Source of the DNA: Paramoeba atlantica
Lineage: Eukaryota > Protista > Discosea
Length of the DNA stretch: 64,000 nucleotides
Assembly (NCBI GenBank): GCA_977017575.1
Contig: CDRNVI010000002.1
Location: 248,001-312,000, forward strand
Direction of reading: 5' to 3'
The stretch's first letter is position 1; each line of letters opens with the position of its first letter. The position numbers were made by a program, and so were the translations under genes. The notes beneath the pieces are model-generated. The model was given only the letters and a program-made list of their open reading frames with translations, was not told where the DNA came from and made no database searches. Of this stretch, positions 21,336 to 32,510 are shown piece after piece.

Positions 21336-24300
21336 TCAAGGGTGACGCATCACCGCGTTCACCGGGGAGGCAACCCATTCAGACTGTAAGCTCTCTCCTG
21401 CGTGTGATCCCGTTTCCCAGGATACCACAGAAGACTCGACTTGTGCGGGTAGAGGAGAAGACGGGCCATCCTCTGCTTGCCCTCTAGTACGGTTGCGCAG
21501 CCATGGGTGTCCCATCAGCTCCGTCGCACTCCATCTTTCCTCCGGATCATGCCGAAAACAGTGCTCCAGAAAATCGCGACATTCCGGGTCAATGGTCTCT
21601 GGAACATTCGTAGGCAGTCCCTCATGGGTGCTAATAAAAAGCAGCGCGCTGTAAATATTTTCAAAATTCTCCGACCACGGGACATCACCTCCGTTAAGCA
21701 TTTCAACCACCGTACACCCCACGGACCAAATATCCGCCTTGGTACCATAGGGTCCATGTTTAATCACCTCAGGGGCCATAAAATACGGCGACCCCACACA
21801 CCCGGTCGGATTCACCGTGGCCGATAAAATCCGACTACACCCGAAATCCGCCAGCCGCACATGACCCTCGGAATCAATTAAAATATTCTCCCCCTTGATA
21901 TCGCGATGCACAATGTTGTGTCCGTGGAGGTAGGCCAGCCCCTGGAGCATCTCCCGGGTGTAATGCACAATCAGCGCGTGCCCCAGCCCGTGGAACCGCC
22001 TGCACAGCGCCGTGAGATTCCCCCCGGAGGCGTACTCCATAAACAGCGCCATGGTGTGGGCCGTGACCACGCTGCCGTAGTACCGAATCACGTGGGGGTG
22101 GGAGAGGGTTTGCAGCATCGCGAGCTCCGCCTTCAGGGCCTCGTGCTCCGTGGCGCGCAGTTCCCCAGAGGACAGCGCAATCTCTTTCACCGCGACGAGC
22201 CGCGGGGTCCCGCGGTACCGCAGCAGCCCGACATAGACGGTGCCGTAGTTCCCTTTGCCAATGACGGGACCGCGGCGGAAGGCTTTTTCGAGTTCGTGGG
22301 AGGCGATGGCGAGACGACCGGTGAGGGGAGGGGGGGAGGGGTCGAGGAGAGGGAGGGGGAGGGGGGTGGGGGGAGGGGAGGGGAGGGGGAGGCGCTTGGG
22401 AAGAGTACGACGACGACGGGGACCTTTGGAGAGGTAAAAGAGCACCAGGTAACGCTCGAGGAAGGCGTGATAGGCGTTAAGAATGGTGGTGTGCTCGGTT
22501 TTAAGGTCACGCCACTGGTCGAGGAGTTCTCGTTTCTCGGATAAAGGGGCTTTGTGGATTCTGGTTTTGTGTTCGAGGAGAGCTTCCTCGGTATTCAAAA
22601 GGGCTTGCTTCCATCGTGTGTTGGTTTCGAGATCGGTGGGATCGATTTCAAGCTCGGTGTCGTCGTCTTCGGACACTAATGCACAGAAATGCGACGCAAG
22701 AAAACTGAATATGGCGGACAGAAGCAATTTTACGGCCAGATTTTGTGCAATCGTAAATATGAATAAAGATTGGTCCTGAACGCTGTCCTGAACGCAATCA
22801 AAGAAAGAGACGAACGTGACGAATAAGTACAGCCCGCCTTGTATCTTATTCACGTTCTTGAAAGCACAGGGGCGCGCCCAGTAATGGAGTAGAAAAAGGA
22901 CGATGTCCCAATACAATTTATAAAATCTTGTATTCATTCCTCGCCAAACCAGGAAATGCAGCGTAGTTGAACGCAAAATCAAAACGCAACTTCGTAGCGT
23001 TACGAAACCTCTTTTATGACGTAGATCACTATCTCGTTGGTATGGTGGGTGTGCCATAGGAAACTGCGTGTTGTGGGATATATTCGGGACAATCCATGTA
23101 AAGGCGATAAAAGTAGCGAACCGATGAAGGCTCTCCGGTTTCTCTACCGCACGGCTCATGAGTAGGCAAACCAGCGGATAATATAGGGAGTTCGTTATCC
23201 AACTGAGGACACTATGCCCGGCGGAAAGAAACGAATCAAAGATAAATTGTTTATCGCCAAAAATAGAGTTGTCCCAAAACATAGCTAACCACAGCACGAT
23301 CCACGCAACAATCGCAAGGCCAGCAAATTTCCCGAGATACGAAACGACGTACACTTCGCGGAATAAGCTAATGCCACTAAGCAAGTAATGAGGCTTTGTA
23401 CAAAGAATCAGTATTTCAAGTAGAATGGCTGAAATGTTCCAGTAGTTTTGTGCTAGGTAGTTGAACTCATAATAACTTAAATGCAGATCTAAAGGAGGCG
23501 CCACACGTAGCTCTTTTACTAGTGATTCAATAGAACCGCTTGCATAAAGCAACGTCGCGAATAAAAGTAATACAGCACTCAGAGGAGCGAACAGAAAGAA
23601 CGCATAAATATCCTCTCCAGCGTAGCTGTATTGTGTAACCGAAGTATTCGCTATTCTGCCTCGTAAAAGCGGTACCGCTTGCTTCCGATTCGTTAACAAG
23701 TAAGATGCCGTCTTTTCGGGAACTCTTCCCTCCAGGTACAGGTAGCTTCGCATTTCATCGGATAATGCATCATAATCTGACTTTTGGGGTACATGCATCG
23801 ACCCAACTTTCTCATCCGGATGCGGTGTTTGTTCAATTGGATAAGGAAGAGAAATACGAGGAACATATGAAGGTGATGCCTCGTGAGAAAAAATCGGCCA
23901 TGAATTATCCAGTAGGATGACACCGGAATGATAAAGAGTGTAGTATCCACCGATGGATTGGTATATGGCCCGCAGTGCGTCAATAGTCTCTTCAGCAAAG
24001 TTATTGTGCGCCTGGTCTATAGATTCTCTCATTTCTGAGTGAGAAACGGTCGATGGAGCTGCCCCCTTGTCATTGCATCCTTTTGTAGCCATCGACAAAT
24101 ACGTAGATAGATCCTGACATTCAGACACCATATCTCCTCGCAGATACATGTCGCACATTCCAGCACATTTGATATTATCTCTTTCCATCGTGGATGAAAA
24201 ATTGTTAAACTTGTTCGTGTAAAAAATGCATCCTGATAGATCATTGCGTGAGGCTCGCTTAAGTTTAAGAGGAATAACGTATAGGTCTCTGCAGCTAAGC

Positions 24301-25523
24301 GGAGCGCGAAAAGGCTCCATCCTAGCAGTCTTTCCTTTGGTTTCAATTGCTTGTAAGCAAAGAGTCGAATTTGGGAAGAGTGTGAGGTAAGGCTCCTGCG
24401 CACCGTGCTGGGGCATTTCGTCCTGCACAAAATTGTTACTCCCCAACAAGGTATATCCGTTTGAGACAATGGACACACCTGGGCGCAGGTCTAAGTTATC
24501 AGAGCCAAGTAAGAGAGTGCCTTCGACACTAAAGACACTCCGAAAAATGGAATTCGGCGAAAGAAAGAAATCCGCAGGATACAGTGCATGAAAACTACCA
24601 CCTAAGATTGTTAATGAACTTTCTGTACCAAACCGAACACGTCCTTGTGCTTTAATGACACCGCTGAGCAACAGTACATCAGTGGGTCCATCAAACGAGG
24701 TTTCCTGTAAAATTAAAGAGTCTGTAGCGAACACTACTCGACTGTTTGCAGTGCTTTCAGCTACCACGCATAATGACCTCGTATGAATATTATCGGTCCC
24801 AATAAGTGTGCTGTTCCACAGTTGTATATTGCCTGTGACAAAGCCTGAAATTGTTAGCTCAGCATCGCTGTTGACCCTAATAAGAGCGCCTGACTGAGAC
24901 GTAACAGAGGTAAATGTTGCTTTTGTAGCGCTTGCTAACTCAATTTTGCCGGAGTTGTCTATAGGAACGTCGCAGTACATGCGGGACTGGGAAAGGAACT
25001 GGTTAGTCATACTAAAACTTTTGGCATGCATCTCAATGTATAGGGTCCCAAAGTTCTCCACACGTGCCTTGTCTGAAGCTCTAAGCAAGATATCATGCAT
25101 GCTATTCGAAATAAGATAAAGGGAGCCGTAATTTACGATCCGAGCATTTGACCCCATTGCAAAATTGGATGCATGAATAACTAAACTCCCATGATTCTCA
25201 AGCGTACAGTCCAAGAAGCATTTCCCAGTGCCACTTCCTGCGAAACCATTGTTACGAATATGTATTGTACCGTTGCCCTGAATCTCTCCTGACGGCCATT
25301 GAAAGGATTCTGTTTGAAGAACTTGCCCATCGAGGAACATTGAAGACTCCGTATCCAAAGTTTCATAGACAGTTGTGTTAGATAGCTTTCCATCATATTC
25401 TGCGACAGTCGGGGAACCGGAAGGTCCATAGTTTACCCTTGGTATTTGCCTCCAAATGACATCTCCAACCACCCAACTTAACCAGAGTAGTACAACGTAT
25501 CGTACTATCTGTTTCTGTTGCAT
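21336..25523 (-). CDS. Multi-pass membrane STE11/MAP3K-family kinase with large predicted ectodomain
   Basis: N-terminal signal-like segment, beta-rich region, about 8-10 hydrophobic segments, coiled coil, then kinase GKGNYGTVY, AVKEI, FMEYASGG, HRDIKGEN, DFG, GSPYFMAPE, KADIWSVGC. Confidence 0.85.
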   Translation of the reverse strand: MQQKQIVRYVVLLWLSWVVGDVIWRQIPRVNYGPSGSPTVAEYDGKLSNTTVYETLDTESSMFLDGQVLQTESFQWPSGEIQGNGTIHIRNNGFAGSGTGKCFLDCTLENHGSLVIHASNFAMGSNARIVNYGSLYLISNSMHDILLRASDKARVENFGTLYIEMHAKSFSMTNQFLSQSRMYCDVPIDNSGKIELASATKATFTSVTSQSGALIRVNSDAELTISGFVTGNIQLWNSTLIGTDNIHTRSLCVVAESTANSRVVFATDSLILQETSFDGPTDVLLLSGVIKAQGRVRFGTESSLTILGGSFHALYPADFFLSPNSIFRSVFSVEGTLLLGSDNLDLRPGVSIVSNGYTLLGSNNFVQDEMPQHGAQEPYLTLFPNSTLCLQAIETKGKTARMEPFRAPLSCRDLYVIPLKLKRASRNDLSGCIFYTNKFNNFSSTMERDNIKCAGMCDMYLRGDMVSECQDLSTYLSMATKGCNDKGAAPSTVSHSEMRESIDQAHNNFAEETIDALRAIYQSIGGYYTLYHSGVILLDNSWPIFSHEASPSYVPRISLPYPIEQTPHPDEKVGSMHVPQKSDYDALSDEMRSYLYLEGRVPEKTASYLLTNRKQAVPLLRGRIANTSVTQYSYAGEDIYAFFLFAPLSAVLLLFATLLYASGSIESLVKELRVAPPLDLHLSYYEFNYLAQNYWNISAILLEILILCTKPHYLLSGISLFREVYVVSYLGKFAGLAIVAWIVLWLAMFWDNSIFGDKQFIFDSFLSAGHSVLSWITNSLYYPLVCLLMSRAVEKPESLHRFATFIAFTWIVPNISHNTQFPMAHPPYQRDSDLRHKRGFVTLRSCVLILRSTTLHFLVWRGMNTRFYKLYWDIVLFLLHYWARPCAFKNVNKIQGGLYLFVTFVSFFDCVQDSVQDQSLFIFTIAQNLAVKLLLSAIFSFLASHFCALVSEDDDTELEIDPTDLETNTRWKQALLNTEEALLEHKTRIHKAPLSEKRELLDQWRDLKTEHTTILNAYHAFLERYLVLFYLSKGPRRRRTLPKRLPLPSPPPTPLPLPLLDPSPPPLTGRLAIASHELEKAFRRGPVIGKGNYGTVYVGLLRYRGTPRLVAVKEIALSSGELRATEHEALKAELAMLQTLSHPHVIRYYGSVVTAHTMALFMEYASGGNLTALCRRFHGLGHALIVHYTREMLQGLAYLHGHNIVHRDIKGENILIDSEGHVRLADFGCSRILSATVNPTGCVGSPYFMAPEVIKHGPYGTKADIWSVGCTVVEMLNGGDVPWSENFENIYSALLFISTHEGLPTNVPETIDPECRDFLEHCFRHDPEERWSATELMGHPWLRNRTRGQAEDGPSSPLPAQVESSVVSWETGSHAGESLQSEWVASPVNAVMRHP

Positions 25524-25848
25524 CGAAACTGATGGAATGCGTCGAAGGCTTCAAACATACTCTATTTTCCCTCAGTGACCTCAGCAGTGTCAACCAGTTG
25601 CATGTGAAAACATACGGACATATCCTACCTAAAAGCGACTTGCTTGTAAACACTAAAAATTCAGGACAACTAACAGCAAATGTATTCAAATATGCAAATA
25701 CACGCAGATTTACGTGATATAATGTGGAATTAAAGTTTAGTTCAATTTCAATATTTCTTAATAAATTGGGAATATATTTCAAAACTTCTCGGGTATCCTT
25801 TCGCTTTCCTCAGGTGCTTCGCCTGATTCTTTTGAAGGCACTCACTCG

Positions 25849-26235
25849 CTAATTTTCTTTCTTCGCAAGATTGCTTCTCACACGACGCACACGGCGCAAT
25901 TCATGGCGTTCGAAATCGGTTGACTCTCGCTTAGCTTGAGCAACGCCAAGTTTGCGGCTGATAGGCCCGGAGGAGTATTTCGTATTCAGATCATCCTTTT
26001 TAAACGCAGCGCGAACGGCTTTGCTGCTTGCACCACGAGTAATGTCCGTTTTCAAATCAGTCAATTTTAGGGATTTAAGATTGATCATTACACGAGGGAT
26101 ACGACATTCCGGATTCTGAACAAGGACGTGATTTTGGTCAATAACGTTTACGATCAATGCAGCTTTGTTCTTAAAGGCACCGCGCGTGATTTGCACCAGA
26201 CGACCAACCTCAACGAACTTCTCTGAACTACGCAT
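25849..26235 (-). CDS. RPL14: 60S ribosomal protein L14 (eL14)
   Basis: KFVEVGRLVQI.RG, IVNVIDQNHVLV, STDFERHELR. ATG at 26235 gives 128 aa; the ORF track extends to 26328. Confidence 0.92.
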   Translation of the reverse strand: MRSSEKFVEVGRLVQITRGAFKNKAALIVNVIDQNHVLVQNPECRIPRVMINLKSLKLTDLKTDITRGASSKAVRAAFKKDDLNTKYSSGPISRKLGVAQAKRESTDFERHELRRVRRVRSNLAKKEN

Positions 26236-26407
26236 TCTATAAAATACAAAAAAGATAAGCCAGGGAAAAATATCTATTCTATATTTCGTCAAAATAGAAC
26301 TTACTATACTACACACAAGTGTAAACATACATGTAAAAAAGTATCATACGGAACGAAGGAAAAAATAATATCAATCATGAATTCGTGTTGGGTTACTTTC
26401 CGGAGTC

Positions 26408-28615
26408 TCATCTCTTTTTAGATTTCCGCCTTCGCTTTTTTCCTTGCATGGTACAAGGCGTCGTATCGATGTGATCCATGTCCTCCTCACTAAGGCAAGC
26501 ACCTGGGCTTCGCTCTGCACAAAGAGATAAATTTTGACTTCCTCGAAGCAAACGAAGCTTCTTTCTTTCACGATGCGAGGGTGCATCAACAAAAACATCC
26601 TCTCCTGTACGACGTCGGTATTCCTCCTCCGTGATCTTTTTCCCCTTTAATTTACGTAACAAGGCTCCCTCGTGAAAGATCTCGCTTACTTCAATTTGCT
26701 TCCAGATCTGCTTCTTTTTATGTTTGGATAAGTCGGTAGATTTCTTTAGAACTTCACGACGCTCGTTTCGTTCGCTTCTTTTAATATCCAGCTTCTTCTT
26801 TCGCGCCTCAAGTTTCTGTATTCTCTTTTCTTCCTCCACGGGGTCTGCACACGACACACCGTGGATATCAATTCCTGAAAATTCATCCGGTAAGCCGATT
26901 TGGATTCGAGACATCATTCGTGTCTCGCTAAGATTTGGGACCTGAAAAAGGCCATAACCATTCGTGAGATCGGCAATGTTAAGACTTTCAAAACGGAAGA
27001 TGTACCGACAATGGTGCTCCTTGTAGCCACGCACGAAACACGCAAACGCACGGGTCGCAAGATTCATAATCGTACGATCCGAGAGGTACGCTCTTCGAAT
27101 GATGTTCACCGTCTCCACATTATAACAACTTGAGGAAACCGTTGGGGAACTGCCCTGTCCTGTACTCTTTTTTCTTGCACGATTTCGATCACCCTTCTTC
27201 ATTACTGCTGACCCTAACAGAAATCTCGGATCCGGTTTGGTCTCATTCTCGGTTTCCACACCTTTAAGAATCTCCATCGCCTCCAAGGTAATCCCCTGCA
27301 GCTGTAAATACGGAAGATATTCCAATTCTGTGGGATCAAGAAAAGTAATGGACTGTCCTGCCCTTCCCATTCGTGCAGTTCGTCCGATGCGATGCACAAA
27401 CGAGCGAGGATTCGTCGGGGCATCCAACTGCACCACCGCATCCACAAACGGGATATCTAACCCTCGAGCAGCCACATCGGTGCAGATCAGTACCCCCTGG
27501 GACGCGTTCATGAACCCCTCCCGTGCTTTTACCCGTTTCGAGGTCGGCAGCTGGCCATGCAGCGCAAACAGCGTAGCGTCGGGGAGAAGCACATGGAGCG
27601 CCGCAAACAACCAATCCACACTGGCACAGGTTAACACATAGATTAAAATTTTATGGGTCTGGTATCGAGCATGAGAGTCATCTGATGATGATGAAGAGCA
27701 GGAAGAATACACAGAAGAGCTCATCCTATCGTCTTCTGTCTTCTCCATCAGCTTCTTGTTTTTCTTACTCAGAAAACACACAACCGCCTCGAGTCTTCGA
27801 TGGTAGCGCATTACACTGTAGTGGAGTTTTAACTGTGGGGGGAGTTGGGAACACAGCGTGCCATGAGGAGGGGAGGGGGCCGTAGCGCTTGTTGTGTCCC
27901 GCACGTCAATGGTCAGAGGACGTCGTAGCCCACAGCGCGAGAGCTCGGTGAGTTCTTTGGATTGGGTGGCACTAAACAGCGCCGTTTGTCGTTGACTGGG
28001 GAGTCGCTTTAAAATAATGTTTAGGTGGGTTTGAAATCCAAGCGCGAGAAGCTGGTCGGCTTCGTCCAGAACACAAAGGGAGAGGTTTTGTACGTGAAGG
28101 GTGGGGGAGGAGGAGGTGCAGAGAACCTCAAAGAGTCGTCCTGGCGTGGCGATGAGAATGTGGCAGCCAAACTTTTGGTAGTGCTGCAAGTCATGCGTGA
28201 GGTCGTACCCTCCCATCATGCGCATGGTTCGAACGTCGCTTCCCAGAGCTTCGTTGATCCAGTTGCGATAGGTGTGAAACACTTCCACGATTTGAAGACC
28301 AAGTTCCCGCGTAGGGATAATGACAATAGAATGAATATCATGCGTCGAGTTGTGTGTTTGTTGTTTTTTCATGAGAGACTCAAAAATAGGGACGGCGTAC
28401 GCCAGTGTTTTCCCACTACCTGTCATTGCCTGGACAACAACATCCATTCCGCGAATCATTTGCGGTATAGTACACGCTTGTACAGGGGCCATTTCGGCAA
28501 ATTGTAGTTTTTCGGTGAGAAATGTTTCAGAAGCCCGCGAAAGGGAGAGTTCAGACCAAGGACCGGCCATTTCCTGAAGAACGGCGCCAGAAAAAGCCTC
28601 ATGTTCGTCATGCAT
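26408..28615 (-). CDS. DDX55: DEAD-box RNA helicase DDX55/SPB4
   Basis: AMTGSGKT, PTREL, TPGRL, DEAD, SAT and HRIGRTARMG, plus RAFACFVRGYKEH (SPB4-type C-terminal extension). Confidence 0.9.
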   Translation of the reverse strand: MHDEHEAFSGAVLQEMAGPWSELSLSRASETFLTEKLQFAEMAPVQACTIPQMIRGMDVVVQAMTGSGKTLAYAVPIFESLMKKQQTHNSTHDIHSIVIIPTRELGLQIVEVFHTYRNWINEALGSDVRTMRMMGGYDLTHDLQHYQKFGCHILIATPGRLFEVLCTSSSPTLHVQNLSLCVLDEADQLLALGFQTHLNIILKRLPSQRQTALFSATQSKELTELSRCGLRRPLTIDVRDTTSATAPSPPHGTLCSQLPPQLKLHYSVMRYHRRLEAVVCFLSKKNKKLMEKTEDDRMSSSVYSSCSSSSSDDSHARYQTHKILIYVLTCASVDWLFAALHVLLPDATLFALHGQLPTSKRVKAREGFMNASQGVLICTDVAARGLDIPFVDAVVQLDAPTNPRSFVHRIGRTARMGRAGQSITFLDPTELEYLPYLQLQGITLEAMEILKGVETENETKPDPRFLLGSAVMKKGDRNRARKKSTGQGSSPTVSSSCYNVETVNIIRRAYLSDRTIMNLATRAFACFVRGYKEHHCRYIFRFESLNIADLTNGYGLFQVPNLSETRMMSRIQIGLPDEFSGIDIHGVSCADPVEEEKRIQKLEARKKKLDIKRSERNERREVLKKSTDLSKHKKKQIWKQIEVSEIFHEGALLRKLKGKKITEEEYRRRTGEDVFVDAPSHRERKKLRLLRGSQNLSLCAERSPGACLSEEDMDHIDTTPCTMQGKKRRRKSKKR

Positions 28616-29344
28616 CGTTACAGGTATCGCAAAAACCTCGTGCTTTTAAGCCAAGACTGGAACAGAATCGAAAAACGACATAAAGACAAGAGTAATTCCT
28701 TTTACAAGTAGTAAATAAAACGTGGATTATACCTAAATGTAACTAAATTACAGAATACGTCTTAGAGTAATTTTCTATTTTTAGCGTTTTTCTATGTGAA
28801 CGCAAAGCCAGAACCTGATTCTTCGAACCACACACGTAAACGTCGTAAAAATGGAAACGCTATGCTTAATGGAATAATATTACTTAGAAGAAAGGAATAC
28901 ATTTTTTTACAATACAATCTATTTGAACCTTCAAAAATGGTTCCTACAGTATACCTTTGTGCCGCCATCACTATTAAAAAACGGACATCTGAACTACCGT
29001 CACTGCCCAACACATATCCTAGAACAGATAGGTCATCTTAAATCTGGAAGAGATAAGAAGGAAGAAGGGAAATAGTTAACGCTGATGACCTCGAAGTTTG
29101 AGGCGACTTCGAAATCAGCTCCAAGTGTTACAAGAAGTGCCCCATTTTCAGTCGCAGATGAGCTGGTCGGACCCGATGGAAATGACCTGAACCGACTAAG
29201 CACACAAAATAAAGAAGCTCTACAGATAGTGGCGCGATCCGCTGACTCTCCTGCGTCTTACGACATTTCAATTCACGACCTGTCTCAAGAGAACGTCTTA
29301 CAACCCAAACACCAGAAGCGTGAGCACTATTGTTCGGATAATTT

Positions 29345-30580
29345 GGTGAAATTCAAGCAAAATTCGCCTTTTCTGAAAAAAAAAGGAAGGTCGTCCCCAC
29401 TAAAAATAATTGTATCTTTTTTGTATCGTATCATGTATTTCCAGTTTCTCCTTTATTTTTCAGATTCATTTTTCAGATTCAGACTCCTCAAATCCAACAC
29501 ATGCCCTGTAAAGGATGCAACGGTTTCGCTTGCCGAGGAAATCTCACTTTGAGCAAAGTTTCTGCGTGGAGCGAATCGAAATGCAGGGAGTGGTTAAGAA
29601 CCCATAAGTTGGTGGCTCAGAAGGTTGCATGTTATAAAAGACATAAGGCGCCCTATACTACGCACGTCACTGACGGGAAATGGAGGTGTACTAAAAAATG
29701 CAAAGGAATGTACGCCACCTTAGGACCTCTCGTACCTGGAAGGGCACAAAGAAGTGCAAAGCAAACATTAAAGTACATAATTTTATACGCTCGTGGTGGA
29801 CGACATGCGGATTCGGCAGCGGAGACAGAACTTAGTCAGCAGACCATTGTGTCTCTAAGGCAATGGATCGATGGCATGATGGCCACAGCTCATGTTCGCC
29901 GACGTATCAGGAATCGCGGCAGCGTTGCTTCAATGCAATGCGATGAGACATTTTTTTCTGTACGGAAACGTCACCGAGGTTCTCATGGTGCAAGACGGAT
30001 GCGAGATGATGGTACAGAAGTTGCACAGACAATTGTGACTACTCGAGCGAACAAATTATCTGAAATGTTCATGGAAGTTGTACCTGATCGTAAGGCGAGC
30101 ACGTTACTTTCTCGAATTGAAGATCTGGCGAGCCGGGGGAGGATACGAATTTAGACCGACGGGGCGCGTCACAATATCCGCCTTGGTGGACGCTATAAGT
30201 GGAATAGCGTGAACCACCGCCGAGAATGGATAACAGAAGAGGGTGTCCACACGAACACTGTGGAGTGCGCGAATTCGGTGGCGAAGAAGAGACTTAATCG
30301 AGAAGGAAACGTAATAGGAAGGAAAAAGAATAAACGGGCAGATCGTGTGCAAGCCAATGCTGAAAAATGCAACGGCAGCCTACGGTACAATGGCGGCGAT
30401 GTAATGCTGCGCATCCTACAGAATCTACAAGATCATTTTCATTGTATTCATTTGTAAGTCTTGTCCAAGTATTTAAGTCGAAAACTAGAAGCGGAAAGTG
30501 TTGATTTCATGGCACAAAATTTTTGAAAACCGGAAAAAAAACTTTTTTTAAAAAAAGGCGAATTTTGCTTTAATTTAACC
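29345..30580 (+). mobile_element. Complete Merlin DNA transposon, 1236 bp
   Basis: TIRs GGT(G/T)AAATT(C/A)AAGCAAAATTCGCCTTTT (28 bp, 2 mismatches); 8-bp TSD GATAATTT at 29337-44 and 30581-88. Confidence 0.9.
29501..30457 (+). pseudogene. Merlin transposase with a single in-frame TAG
   Basis: QCDETFF..RKRHRG, VPDRKASTL, RI*TDG (TAG at 30152-54 where W or Y is expected), VNH, GVHTNTVE. The two track ORFs are in the same frame. Confidence 0.85.
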
Positions 30581-31036
30581 GATAATTTGCGACGCCAGCT
30601 CATCCAATGCATAGAGCACGAAGTGTGCAAGCTATCCGGAAATTCTGCAGACCCGACCGCTGTGCAAAATTTTTAAGACGGTGCAAGAAAATTAAAACAA
30701 ATCTTTTTCCAGTTTTTATGGATAACGTTTTTTTTCTTGTGCGGTTTGCCAAAAAAAGAACCTATAAAGGGAGGGAGGGCTCGACGCTATTATGAACAGG
30801 GGGGTACAGTATACATGTATATAAAATATACATGTTTATAATATATTCAAAATACCTATTAATAATAGGTAGCATATTCGAAATACCTATTATTTCGATC
30901 AATAATTGAGATTATGAAACATCATCTGCTGATAAAGTAAAAACCACTAACGGAAAGTCGTTCGTCATGCGAATTTACATTCCGACCTCAATCTATCTCG
31001 TTACGGAAGGAAGCAATAATTGTAAAAGATACTACA

Positions 31037-32083
31037 TTAATGTTTTTGCCTACGCAAGGGATTGACAGGTTTTGAAGCGCTGGGTATTGAATCGGATTTT
31101 TCACTGGGTTTCGTGTGAAAGAGCATAATTCCCTTGTCCTTCATTGCGGAGTTTAATAAAGCGTCCTGTAGGGCTTGCGAGGTGAATCCAACATCGGATA
31201 ATGCCTGAGAAATGTATTGTAAGTGGGAGGGTAGCAGTCTACGCTTCTTGTGCAGACGCAATGTTTGTCGGTGTAGTTCGGAGGCCAGTGGTCTGTCCCG
31301 AAGCGCAGTAGTGCGCAGAGCCATTGCCACATTCAGCAAAACATGGCTCTTTCGTGGTTTGCTACGTTGAAATTGGGTCGTTATTTTGCGAAAAATATGG
31401 CGGATAACATGGGGGTCGATCGAATGAGATTCATAGGACACAACGCAGCGTAAACTGCTAGCAAGTTCAAACAAGCTCATACGTGAAAACACCTGTAAAA
31501 AGCGGCGCTGCGCACGACACACAACTTGTGGGTCTGCGATACCCATCTTATGTAAAAATCTAAGGGCGAGAAAGATACCTCGCGAGTCAAAAGTATGTAG
31601 TTGTACTCTTAGAAGTTGAAAAAGGCGAACCAAGAGATCTCTGTCCGCTAGGTCATATCGGGTGCAAACCTCACAACATTCTGTTGTCGTATAGGAATCT
31701 ATATCATTCGATGTTAGAACTTGATTGCGAAACGCATCATAATATTTTTTTAGTCGATTGTTCTGTGCTCTTTCGTACTTGTATCGCATTCCTTGCTTTC
31801 TTGTACGCAGCAGTTTTTCGACTAATTCTTTAAGCGTTAATTCGGACTCCACACTCTCTTTGGGATTGGGAGACGGAGCTTTCCCCAATGATTCAATTGT
31901 GGGCGGATCTGCAGAACTCCCAGAATTCTGAGGAATAGTTGCTACGGTTGAAGATGGTTCCTTATCTGGCGAAGATTCAAGGATCGAAGTCACGGCAGTA
32001 CGAAAACACGTAACCCAAAGCGCGTTGCGAAGGAGTTGAACACCTGTGTGATTCAAGTAGACAGTAGAACAATTTTTGAGCAT
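31037..32083 (-). CDS. Hypothetical helical-repeat protein, possibly mitochondrial RNA-binding
   Basis: 348 aa; repeated ~35-40 aa helical units (LALRFLHKMG, LASSLRCVVS, VAMALRTTA, ISQALSDVG). Confidence 0.55.
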   Translation of the reverse strand: MLKNCSTVYLNHTGVQLLRNALWVTCFRTAVTSILESSPDKEPSSTVATIPQNSGSSADPPTIESLGKAPSPNPKESVESELTLKELVEKLLRTRKQGMRYKYERAQNNRLKKYYDAFRNQVLTSNDIDSYTTTECCEVCTRYDLADRDLLVRLFQLLRVQLHTFDSRGIFLALRFLHKMGIADPQVVCRAQRRFLQVFSRMSLFELASSLRCVVSYESHSIDPHVIRHIFRKITTQFQRSKPRKSHVLLNVAMALRTTALRDRPLASELHRQTLRLHKKRRLLPSHLQYISQALSDVGFTSQALQDALLNSAMKDKGIMLFHTKPSEKSDSIPSASKPVNPLRRQKH

Positions 32084-32510
32084 ATGAAAAAGATCAGATT
32101 GGAAATAATGCCTTAATAAGGTCGAAAAATTGAATGGGGTAGGCTCTTAGTTCCTCTAAATAAACTTCTAAACTAAATCCGTATATTCATTGGTTTTGAA
32201 CCCGAGTTCAAGTACATCCTGTTGATCGCAAAAACAAGCAATAAATCTATCTGTATTCCTTCAGTTTTATGAAAGGAACGAAAGAAACTTGTTGGTGTGT
32301 ATTCATTACAGTAGCAAACTTCAAGATTACTTCCACAGAAATTTTTATGACATTAGTCCTCATAATACGCAAGAAACAATCACCTCGCATAAGTTACATT
32401 CCTGCATCAGAAAATATATATTATGTTTCAGACGCAAACGAAAAGAATTTCTGTCAATGTTATTTATTTAGCCATATTAGACGGATTAAGTTTCAATACA
32501 GTCACCAGTA

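Noticed and set aside
30152-30154. In-frame TAG (and TGA at ~55644) at expected Trp positions, suggesting stop-codon reassignment as in Blastocrithidia
   Set aside because: All long host genes are open under the standard code and end in ordinary stops; these are single nonsense mutations in decaying transposases.
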